Shown piece by piece: positions 13,971 to 22,001 of a DNA stretch of 25,038 nt (its first letter is position 1; each line of letters starts with the position of its first letter). Below the pieces are notes generated by a model. That model was not told the origin of the DNA. It saw nothing but the letters and a program-made list of their open reading frames with translations, and searched no databases. The position numbers and the translations under genes are program-made. This stretch comes from Deltaproteobacteria bacterium (GTDB lineage: Bacteria > Myxococcota_A > UBA796 > UBA2385): positions 1 to 25,038 of the forward strand of contig WGAH01000482.1 in NCBI GenBank assembly GCA_015489145.1, written 5' to 3'.

Positions 13971-15986
13971 TCAGAAGGTGGCGAGGAAGCGCTCGACCTC
14001 CTCCCGTTCGAGGAGGCCCAGGCTGAGCTGGAGGCAGTCGTCGCAGATGTCGACGCGGTTGTAGCGGTAGACGCCGGCCGACTCGAAGGGGGTGCGCCCG
14101 CACAGGCCGCAGACGGCGCCGTCGGGGGCGGCGAGGGTGTGGCGGTGCTGGCGGACGTGCAGCACGCAGCGGTCGCAGATCACGACCTTGCCGCCGGCCA
14201 TCATGTGGGTGACCTCGGAGGGCTGGCGCCCGCAGGTCGAGCAGCGGGTCTTCTCGTCGTCGCCGACCCGGCGCGGCTCGCGGTGCTTCTGGGGCGGGGT
14301 GACCTCCTGGAGCAGCCGGTCGACCACCGGGCGGGCGCCGCGGGTGTCGGCGCGACGGCGCAGGCGGCGCTCGGCCTCGGGGTCGCCCTGCATGGCGAGG
14401 CCCGTCCAGGCGGCCACGGCCAGCTCGCTGTCGGCGGCCTGGGCCCAGTCGGACAGGAGCCGCCGCCCCGAGGCGCTGCGGCGCACGCCGACGGCGAGGA
14501 GCAGGAGCGCCTGGTGGGCGCGGGCGCGGCGCTTCTCCTCGTCGAGGTGGCGCTGGTAGGCGCGCACGTCGTGGGCGGGCCCGTGGCGGTCGACGGCGGC
14601 GCGCTTCAGGTCGCGCTCGGTGATCTTGAGGCCGGCGGCGAGCACGGGTTCGGGCAGGGCCTCCGCCACGGCGAGGGCGCGACCGGCGAGCTCGGGGCCG
14701 AAGGTCTCGCCGGCGGCGCGCAGCTCGACGGCCACCTCGTCGGCGACGGCGCCCTGGGTGAGCGCGCAGGCGGCCTCCCAGAGCTGGAAGCGCAGGGCCT
14801 CGTTCTGGGTGCGGTGGATCGCGGCGAGGATGGCGGGAATGGCGGAGGGACCGACGTGGCGCAGCTCGTCGAGGAGCACGCGGATGCGCCGGCGGGTCTC
14901 GCGGCGCGGGTCGAGGCGGCTGGCCGAGGGGAGGCGGTCGAAGTTGGCGACCTCGACCGACAGCGCCTTCGTCAGCCAGCCCACGTCGCCGGAGGTGCGC
15001 CGGATGCGGACCAGCTCGACGTAGCTCGGCAGGTGGTCGGGGCGGTCCTTGAGGGCCTCGCGAAGCGTCTTGATCGCCTCGGCCGGCTCGCCCTCCTCGA
15101 GCAGCGTGCAGCCGAGGGCGTAGCGGGCCTCGACGTGCCCCGGATCGACGACGAGGGCCTGGTGGGCCGTCTCGCGGGCGCGCTTGAAGTCGCCGAGCTG
15201 GAGGAAGGCCATCGCCATGCGCGCGAGGACGCGGGTGTCGTCGGGGCGCTCGCGCAGGTAGGCGCGGAAGTGCTGGACGGCGTTGTTGTACTTGCCGAGC
15301 TGGTAGGCGACCTCGCCGAGGTGGTAGCGGGCGATGGGGGCGAAGCGCTCGTGGTCGCGCAGGCGGATGAAGAAGCGCTCGGCCTCGCGAAAGCGGCCCG
15401 TCCACATGCAGCTCACGCCGAGGTCGCGGAGGATCGGGGCGAGGAGGCGCGGCGGCGGGTCGAGCTTGAGGGCCTGGACGAGGTGGTACTGGGCGCGCTC
15501 GACGAGGCGGCGCGGGCGGCCGCGCTGCTGGGCGAGGGCGGTGAGCGCGCGGCCGAGGAGCAGGTGGGCCTCCCAGGCTTCCGGGGCGAGGCGGCAGGCG
15601 CGCTCGAAGTGGCGCACGGCGGCGCCGGGATCGCGCTTGCGCTCGGCGGCGAGGCCGGCGGCGACCTGGTAGACGGGGTGGTCCTCGTCCGCGCGGGCGG
15701 CCTGGCCGAGGTAGCGGGAGGCGGCCTTGTCGCGGTCGAGGCCGAGGAGCGCCAGGCCGGCGAGGGCCAGGGCCTCGGCGTTGGCCGGGTCTTCCCCGAG
15801 CGCCTTGCGGACGTGGTTGAGGGCGGCGGTGAAGTCGGGCTCGCCGCGGCCGTGGAACAGGGCGCGGGAGACGAGGGCCCGGGCCAGCTCGACCCGCACC
15901 TGGGGGTCGTCGGGCGCGGCGGCGGCCTGCTCGTCGAGCCGGTCGACGGTCCAGTCGAGCTTCTGGTGGATGAACAGGGGCTTCAT
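13971..15986 (-). CDS. Cytoplasmic multi-TPR protein with two C-terminal ClpX-type C4 zinc fingers (671 aa)
   Basis: About nine TPR-like repeats in the N-terminal half, no signal peptide. CSTCGR...MMAGGKVVICDRCV and CGLCGR...DICDDCL at 14243-14034. Confidence 0.85.
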   Translation of the reverse strand: MKPLFIHQKLDWTVDRLDEQAAAAPDDPQVRVELARALVSRALFHGRGEPDFTAALNHVRKALGEDPANAEALALAGLALLGLDRDKAASRYLGQAARADEDHPVYQVAAGLAAERKRDPGAAVRHFERACRLAPEAWEAHLLLGRALTALAQQRGRPRRLVERAQYHLVQALKLDPPPRLLAPILRDLGVSCMWTGRFREAERFFIRLRDHERFAPIARYHLGEVAYQLGKYNNAVQHFRAYLRERPDDTRVLARMAMAFLQLGDFKRARETAHQALVVDPGHVEARYALGCTLLEEGEPAEAIKTLREALKDRPDHLPSYVELVRIRRTSGDVGWLTKALSVEVANFDRLPSASRLDPRRETRRRIRVLLDELRHVGPSAIPAILAAIHRTQNEALRFQLWEAACALTQGAVADEVAVELRAAGETFGPELAGRALAVAEALPEPVLAAGLKITERDLKRAAVDRHGPAHDVRAYQRHLDEEKRRARAHQALLLLAVGVRRSASGRRLLSDWAQAADSELAVAAWTGLAMQGDPEAERRLRRRADTRGARPVVDRLLQEVTPPQKHREPRRVGDDEKTRCSTCGRQPSEVTHMMAGGKVVICDRCVLHVRQHRHTLAAPDGAVCGLCGRTPFESAGVYRYNRVDICDDCLQLSLGLLEREEVERFLATF

Positions 15987-16161
15987 GGGGGCCCGAGGGT
16001 GCGGGTCGAGGAATCGTACCGCGCTTCCCTATCCCCTCGGGGTGAACCGCGCCGACCGGCCGTGGAGAAGGGCGAAAGGACGGCGACAGCCGGGGCGCGA
16101 CCGGCCCCGCCGGCGCCGGGACGGTGGGCGGGTGCCGGGGGCACGGGCTACGGGCGGCGCC

Positions 16162-18801
16162 ATGGACCCGAGCCTCCCGGAACTCGCCGACCTGCGGCGG
16201 CAGCGCGCGGTGGCGGCCCTCGTGCCGCTGTTCGTCCTGAGCGGCGCCACCTCGCTCGTGTACGAGACCCTGTGGGAACGCGAGCTGCACCTCGTCGTCG
16301 GCACGAGCCAGGTCGCCGTGATCACGGTGCTGGCGGCCTTCATGGCGGGGCTGGCCGCCGGCGGCTTCCTCAGCGCCCGCCTCGCCGACCGCGCGTCGAA
16401 CCCGCTGCTGGCCTACGCGGCGCTGGAGGGGCTGATCGGCGCCTACGCCCTGGCCTTCGACCGCATCGTGGCGGCCCTCACGCCGGTCTACGAGCACCTG
16501 TGGGTGGCGCTCCGGCCCTCGCCGGCGATCTTCGCCGCCACCCAGTTCGTCGTGCTGGGCCTGGCCCTGCTGCCCCCCACCATCGCGATGGGGGCCACCC
16601 TGCCGCTTCTGGCGCGCTTCGCGGCCACCGCCGCCGACGAGGCCGGGCGCCGGGTCGGCGAGCTGTACGGCGCCAACACCCTCGGGGCGGTGCTCGGGGT
16701 GGCGCTGGCCGGCTTCGTGCTGCTGCCGGGCCACGGCCTGCGGCACACGACCTGGATCACCGCGGCCGGCAACGCCGCGCTGCTGATCGGGGCCGGCTGG
16801 CTCGGGCTGCGCGCCGGGCGCATCGGGCCGGCGCGGGCCCGCGACGAGGCGGCCTCCGAGGCGCCGCCGTGGATGGCCGGGCTGGCGCTGCTGGCGCTGC
16901 TGGCCGGCTTCAGCTCGCTGCTCTACGAGGTGGCCTGGTTCCGCCTCATGGTGCTCATGCTCGGCGGCAGCGCCTACGCCTTCAGCATCATGCTCCTCGC
17001 CTTCCTCGCCGGCATCGGGCTCGGCGGCTGGTTCGGCGGGCGGCGCGCCGACGCGGCCTGGTCGCGCGGCGGTCCCGCCGGCACCCTGGCGAAGCTGGTC
17101 CGCATCCAGCTCGGCGTCGCCCTGCTCGCCTGGGGGGCGATGTTCGTCTACGGCGAAATCCCCTTCGTGTTCACGAAGCTCTACGACGCGGTGGAACGGG
17201 CGCCGGAGTGGCTGTGGCCGGGCAAGCTCCTCATCGCCCTCGCGATCATGGCGCCACCGGCCGCGCTGATGGGGGCGACCTTCCCCTTCCTGGTGCGGGC
17301 GGCGGCGCGGGACACGCGGCTCGGCGGCCCCGTCGGGCGCCTGTACGGCTGGAACACGGTGGGGGCCATCGCCGGGGCGGCCCTCGGCGGCCTGGTGCTG
17401 CTGCCGGGCATCACCATGCGGGGCACGGTGCTGGTGGCGATCTCGATCAACCTCCTCGCCGCCCTCCTCGCCGCCGGCGTCGGGCGAATCGCCGGCGGGC
17501 GACGGCCCTCGCCGGGCCGGGCGGCGGCGGCGACGGCGCTGACGGTCGGGGCCATCGCCCTGCTCCACGCCTTCAAGCCGCCCTGGAACCCGCTGCTCAT
17601 GACGGCGGGCATGTACAAGTACGCCAGCGACCTCGCCCCGGAGGACCGCACGCGGCAGGGCGTCATCGACTTCGCGGTCACGCCCTACGAGCTGCTCTAC
17701 TACCGGGAGGGGCTGTCGAGCGTGGTGACGGTGGCGCGCGCCCGCAAGAGCGGCAACGTCTGGCTCGCCAACAACGGCAAGGTGGACGCCTCGACGCGGG
17801 TGGACATGCCCACGCAGGTGCTGGTGGCGCACCTGCCCTTCGTCTTCGCCCCCGAGGCGCGGGACGTGCTGGTGATCGGCCTGGCGAGCGGCATCACCGC
17901 CGGCAGCGTCGCCCTGCACTCGGCGCCGGAGCGCATCGACATCGTCGAGATCGAGCCGGCCATCGTCGAGGCCAGCCACTACTTCGACGCCTGGAACAAC
18001 CGCCCGCTCGAGGACCCGCGGGTGAACCTCGTCGCCAACGACGGGCGCAACTTCCTCGTGCTCCAGCCCGAGGGCAGCTACGACCTCGTCGTGAGCGAGC
18101 CGAGCAACCCCTGGCTCACCGGGGTCAGCAACCTGTTCACGCGGGAGTTCTTCGAGATGGGGCGCCGGAGGCTGCGCCCGGGCGGGGTCTGGGCCCAGTG
18201 GGTGCAGATGTACGGCATGGACACCGACGACCTCCGCAGCCTGCTCGGCACCTTCGCGGCGGTCTACCCCCACGTGCGCCTGTTCAGCACCATCGAGGAC
18301 GCCGACCTGGTGCTCGTCGGCAGCGACCGGCCGCTGGAGCTGGACGCGGCGGGGGTGGCGCGCATGATGGCGATGGACGCCGCGGTGGCCGAGGACCTGC
18401 GCCTCATCGAGTGCGGGACCCCCGAGGACGTGATCGCCCGCTACCAGGCCGACCGCGAGCGCATCCTGGCCTTCGCCGGCGACACGCCGCTGAACACCGA
18501 CGACAACATGCGAATCGAGTACTCGGCGCCGCTGCACCTCCACGAGGACACCGCCGACGCCAACTTCGTGGCGCTGCTCAAGGACACCGGGGCGCGGGGG
18601 CACGTCCCCTTCGAGGCCGTGCGCGGAGAGGACGAGTTCCTGCGGCTGGCCCGGGCCTACGCCCGGCGCGAGGACTGGGTGCGGGCGCTGCTGGTGCTCA
18701 AGGAGACCGAGCGGCGCTGGCCGGGCCTGGACGAGACGGCGCGCCTGTACGCCGAGTACCAGGAGCGCCTCCGGGCGGAGCTCGACGAGGACGACGGGTG
18801 A
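16162..18801 (+). CDS. Fused polytopic membrane (MFS-like) / spermidine-synthase-like protein (879 aa)
   Basis: LFVLSGATSLVYETLW, LYGANTLGAVLG and FSSLLYEVAWFR transmembrane repeats; then YYREGLSSVVTV, VLVIGLASGITAG, VEIEP, DGRNF, DLVVSEPSNPW. Confidence 0.9.
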   Translation: MDPSLPELADLRRQRAVAALVPLFVLSGATSLVYETLWERELHLVVGTSQVAVITVLAAFMAGLAAGGFLSARLADRASNPLLAYAALEGLIGAYALAFDRIVAALTPVYEHLWVALRPSPAIFAATQFVVLGLALLPPTIAMGATLPLLARFAATAADEAGRRVGELYGANTLGAVLGVALAGFVLLPGHGLRHTTWITAAGNAALLIGAGWLGLRAGRIGPARARDEAASEAPPWMAGLALLALLAGFSSLLYEVAWFRLMVLMLGGSAYAFSIMLLAFLAGIGLGGWFGGRRADAAWSRGGPAGTLAKLVRIQLGVALLAWGAMFVYGEIPFVFTKLYDAVERAPEWLWPGKLLIALAIMAPPAALMGATFPFLVRAAARDTRLGGPVGRLYGWNTVGAIAGAALGGLVLLPGITMRGTVLVAISINLLAALLAAGVGRIAGGRRPSPGRAAAATALTVGAIALLHAFKPPWNPLLMTAGMYKYASDLAPEDRTRQGVIDFAVTPYELLYYREGLSSVVTVARARKSGNVWLANNGKVDASTRVDMPTQVLVAHLPFVFAPEARDVLVIGLASGITAGSVALHSAPERIDIVEIEPAIVEASHYFDAWNNRPLEDPRVNLVANDGRNFLVLQPEGSYDLVVSEPSNPWLTGVSNLFTREFFEMGRRRLRPGGVWAQWVQMYGMDTDDLRSLLGTFAAVYPHVRLFSTIEDADLVLVGSDRPLELDAAGVARMMAMDAAVAEDLRLIECGTPEDVIARYQADRERILAFAGDTPLNTDDNMRIEYSAPLHLHEDTADANFVALLKDTGARGHVPFEAVRGEDEFLRLARAYARREDWVRALLVLKETERRWPGLDETARLYAEYQERLRAELDEDDG

Positions 18802-18892
18802 GGGCCGGGAATCGCTCAGGGTGGCGAGCGGGGGGCGAATCGGGCTACCGCTGGAGGCGGTCGGCTCCCCGGCGGGAGCCCGGGAGGAGTGC

Positions 18893-19321
18893 ATGCGCCG
18901 AACCCCCGTCGCCCTGGCCCTGATCGCCGCCGGCTGCTCCACCTCGCTGGCCGGCTCCTGGGAAGGCGACTTCACCTGCCCCGACACGGACCCCTTCACG
19001 ATCTCCTTCGACCTCGAGAAGGACGGCGGCGCCTTCGTCGGGGACGGGCGCGTGAGCGACTTCGTCGTCGAGTGGAAGGGCGAGTGGTACGACGCCCGCT
19101 ACGCCTTCGACCTCGAGCTCGACAAGACCGCGCCCTACGCCGAGCAGGACCTGGACTCGAGCTTCTCGAACTGCGAGATCATCCTGGTCGACGTCGGCTC
19201 GGGCGAGCTCGACTGCTCGCCGGGGCGCAACCTCGAGTGGGACGGCGCCGACACGATCACCGGCAAGCTCGCCGACTTCCTCGGCTCGGGCGTGGCCTGC
19301 TCCTTCGAGGCCACGCGCTGA
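18893..19321 (+). CDS. Small acidic beta-rich lipoprotein of unknown function (142 aa)
   Basis: RBS GGGAGGAG. MRRTPVALALIAAG-C lipobox; four further Cys; GC3-biased codons. Confidence 0.75.
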   Translation: MRRTPVALALIAAGCSTSLAGSWEGDFTCPDTDPFTISFDLEKDGGAFVGDGRVSDFVVEWKGEWYDARYAFDLELDKTAPYAEQDLDSSFSNCEIILVDVGSGELDCSPGRNLEWDGADTITGKLADFLGSGVACSFEATR

Positions 19322-19336
19322 GGCGCGCGGGGGCCG

Positions 19337-20725
19337 CTACTCGGTGAGGGGGGCGCAGGGCTCCGGCTCGGCGAGGACGCAGGGGGCGTCGAGGGGATCG
19401 CCGTCGAGGCGGGCGAAGATCCAGTCGAGCTGCTCGGGAAGGGAGTCCACCGCCCCCGAGACGTGGTCGGCGTCGGCGCAGACGCGGTGCTCGATGACGT
19501 AGCCCTGCTCGCAGAGGGCGGGGATGTCGGCCTCGGTGGGCGGGCTCCAGACGAGGTCGTCGTCCTCGGCCTGCACGATGAAGACCGGGGCCTCGGAGTC
19601 GTGGGGGACGGCGCTGTCGCGCAGGCCGCTCTCGGCGAGGAGGCAGCCGAAGGCGCCGAGGTCTCCGGCGTCCGGGTCGGTCGGCAGGGCGCCGGCGGCG
19701 GCGTCGGCGATGAATTCCCCGGTGAACAGGTCGCCCACGTCGGCGGCGCCCTCGACGGAGGGGAAGTCGTCGCAGCTCTCGAGCATCTCGCCGGGCAGCG
19801 CGGCGGCCACCTCGGGGACCAGCGCGGCGTCGAGGGAGGCGGCGCCCTGCCAGGCGGCCTCGCCGGCCAGCACGGCGGCCAGGCCGAAGCTCGTGTCGTG
19901 CAGGCCGTCCACGGCGCGAGCGGCGAGCGCGACGAGGTCGGTCGGGGGCACGGCGGCCACCACGGCGACGGAGGTGAACTCCGGGGCGTAGCCGGGGAGG
20001 TAGCGGTCGGTCCACAGGGCGGCGAAACCGCCCTCGCTCGCGCCCCAGTGGACGACGCGGGCCGGGTCGGGCCGGGCGACCTCGGCGCCGTCGTCGAGGA
20101 CCGCGTCGGCGAGCTTCGCCGCGGCGCGCAGGCCGTCGAGGGAGGCGACGGCGGTGGGCTCGGCGACGACGTAGGGGTGCAGCTCCGCCGAGGGCTCGCC
20201 CCAGCCGGCCATGCCGAGGTAGTCGGGGGCGGCGACGGCGAAGCCCATCGAGGCGAACAGGATCGGGAAGGCCGCGCCCTCCAGGCCCAGCGCGGTGGGG
20301 GCGCAGGCGTCGGAGAAGCCCATCGTCGGGTGCAGCCACAGCAGGCTCGGGACGGCCTCGCCGGCCACGTCGGCGCCGGCGGGCAGGACGACGAAGCCGG
20401 TGGCCTCCGCCTCCTCGCCGCGGTCCTGGGTGCGGTAGCGCACCCGCCAGGTCTGCACGTCGTGGGTCACGCGGTCGGTGAACTGCCCGAGGCCCTGGGC
20501 GTCGAGGAGCGCGCGGACGGTGGCGGCGGGCAGGGAGAGGCTCTCGGCGGCCTCGGCGGCGAGGACCTCGCCCATGGCCCCGGTGGGAAGCCAATCGTAG
20601 GCGCCGCCGCCGCAGGTCGAGACCGGCAGCTCCGGCACCGTCGCCGGCGCCTCGCCGCCGCTGTCGAGGGGCGCGTCCTTTCCGCCGCAGGCGGTGAGGG
20701 AGAGGGCGAGCAGGGCCAGGCGCAT
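19337..20725 (-). CDS. Lipoprotein alpha/beta hydrolase, secretory-lipase (LIP)-like (462 aa)
   Basis: Lipobox LTA-C. WLHPTMG, VAAPDYLG, nucleophile HWGASEGG, candidate Asp in QAEDDDLV and His in ADHVSG. RBS GGAGGAG. Confidence 0.85.
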   Translation of the reverse strand: MRLALLALSLTACGGKDAPLDSGGEAPATVPELPVSTCGGGAYDWLPTGAMGEVLAAEAAESLSLPAATVRALLDAQGLGQFTDRVTHDVQTWRVRYRTQDRGEEAEATGFVVLPAGADVAGEAVPSLLWLHPTMGFSDACAPTALGLEGAAFPILFASMGFAVAAPDYLGMAGWGEPSAELHPYVVAEPTAVASLDGLRAAAKLADAVLDDGAEVARPDPARVVHWGASEGGFAALWTDRYLPGYAPEFTSVAVVAAVPPTDLVALAARAVDGLHDTSFGLAAVLAGEAAWQGAASLDAALVPEVAAALPGEMLESCDDFPSVEGAADVGDLFTGEFIADAAAGALPTDPDAGDLGAFGCLLAESGLRDSAVPHDSEAPVFIVQAEDDDLVWSPPTEADIPALCEQGYVIEHRVCADADHVSGAVDSLPEQLDWIFARLDGDPLDAPCVLAEPEPCAPLTE

Positions 20726-20765
20726 GGGCTCCTCCGGGGGAGGGCCCAGCGTAGCCCGGCGGAAC

Positions 20766-21941
20766 TCAGTACGGGGCGTCCTCCACCCAGACCGGGTCGG
20801 CGTCGGCGTCGTCGGCGGAACTGCCGAGGACGGCGTCCCAGCCGTTGCCGCTGCGGTCCGTGGCGACCTGGCCCGAGCCGTCGTTGAAGTCGAACCAGGC
20901 CACGAGGCCCTCCTCGTCGCCCGAGAGCGGACCGGACATGCTCTCGGCGATCTGCTCGGCGGAACGCGCGACCGACCAGATTCGGACCTCGTCGAGGATG
21001 CCGTTGTAGCTGCCGGCGCAAACGCCCGCGCCGTGGCCGCCGATCGTGATCGGCAGGCTGTTGGTGGCGCCGGGGCTGTAGCTCGCCCGGTCCACCTCGA
21101 CCCCGTCCACGTAGAGGATGGCCGTGCTGCCGTCGAAGGTGCCGGCGATGTGGTGCCAGTCGCCGTCGTTGAGGCTGACGGTGCCGGTCATGCGCGGACC
21201 GCCGACGTAGTACTGCGCGGCGTGCTCCGTGCCGTAGTAGCTGTTGAAGCCGAGGAACCAGCTGTTGTAGTAGCCGCAGTAGTGCTTGCCGATGACGGCG
21301 TTCTCCCCCGAGGCGAGGGCCACGTCGGTGCGGAACCAGGCCTCGAGGGTGTGGGCCTCGGCGAGGTGCAGGTCCTCGCTGCCCGGGATGTAGAGGTAGG
21401 CGCCTTCCGCGAACTCCAACGCCGTGCCGTCGACCGGGTCCTCGCAGTCGAGGAGCCCGTCGCCGTCGCTGTCGCCCTCGTCGGTGGGCAGGGCGTCGTC
21501 GCAGTCGTCGTCGACGCCGTCACAGAGCTCGTCGGCGCCGGGATGCACGGCGGGGTCGGCGTCGTCGCAGTCAGTGCCGTCTCCGACCGCGCCCGCGGGC
21601 GGGTCGCAGGCCCGGGCCTCGGTGGCCGGATCGCCGTAGCCGTCGCCGTCGGCGTCCGTCCAGTAGGGCTCGGCCGTGGCGAGGTCGAGGTCGTCGTCGG
21701 CATCGTCGACGAGGCCATCGCAATCGTCGTCGAGGCCGTTGCACGCCTCGGTGGCGTCGGGGTGCACGGAGGGGTCGGCGTCGTCGCAATCGACGGTGGC
21801 GTCGTAGCCGTCGCCGTCCGCATCGACGGGGCCCGGCGCGGTGTCGCCGGCCGTGTCCGAACCCGCCGCCTTGGGTTCGGCGGCGGTCCGGGTGTGGCAG
21901 GCGGCGCTGAGGGAGAGGAGGAGCAGGAACGGGGTTCGCAT
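20766..21941 (-). CDS. Lipoprotein with MopE-like Asp/Cys repeats and a LamG/concanavalin-A-like domain (391 aa)
   Basis: Lipobox SAA-C. DADGDGY..DCDDADPSVHPDATEACNGLDDDCDG-type repeat twice. LamG motifs TLEAWF, DGDWHHIAGTFDG...LYVDG, ILDEVRIWSVARS. Confidence 0.88.
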   Translation of the reverse strand: MRTPFLLLLSLSAACHTRTAAEPKAAGSDTAGDTAPGPVDADGDGYDATVDCDDADPSVHPDATEACNGLDDDCDGLVDDADDDLDLATAEPYWTDADGDGYGDPATEARACDPPAGAVGDGTDCDDADPAVHPGADELCDGVDDDCDDALPTDEGDSDGDGLLDCEDPVDGTALEFAEGAYLYIPGSEDLHLAEAHTLEAWFRTDVALASGENAVIGKHYCGYYNSWFLGFNSYYGTEHAAQYYVGGPRMTGTVSLNDGDWHHIAGTFDGSTAILYVDGVEVDRASYSPGATNSLPITIGGHGAGVCAGSYNGILDEVRIWSVARSAEQIAESMSGPLSGDEEGLVAWFDFNDGSGQVATDRSGNGWDAVLGSSADDADADPVWVEDAPY

Positions 21942-22001
21942 GGCCGTGGACGCTATCGGGATGCGCCGGCCGAAGCCAGCGCGCTGCCGGAAGCCCGCGG
22001 A

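Noticed and set aside
18863-18880. 7-bp hairpin GGCTCCC-CGGC-GGGAGCC as a terminator or riboswitch
   Set aside because: It has no U tract and a short GC stem that is common by chance at this composition; no recognisable aptamer.
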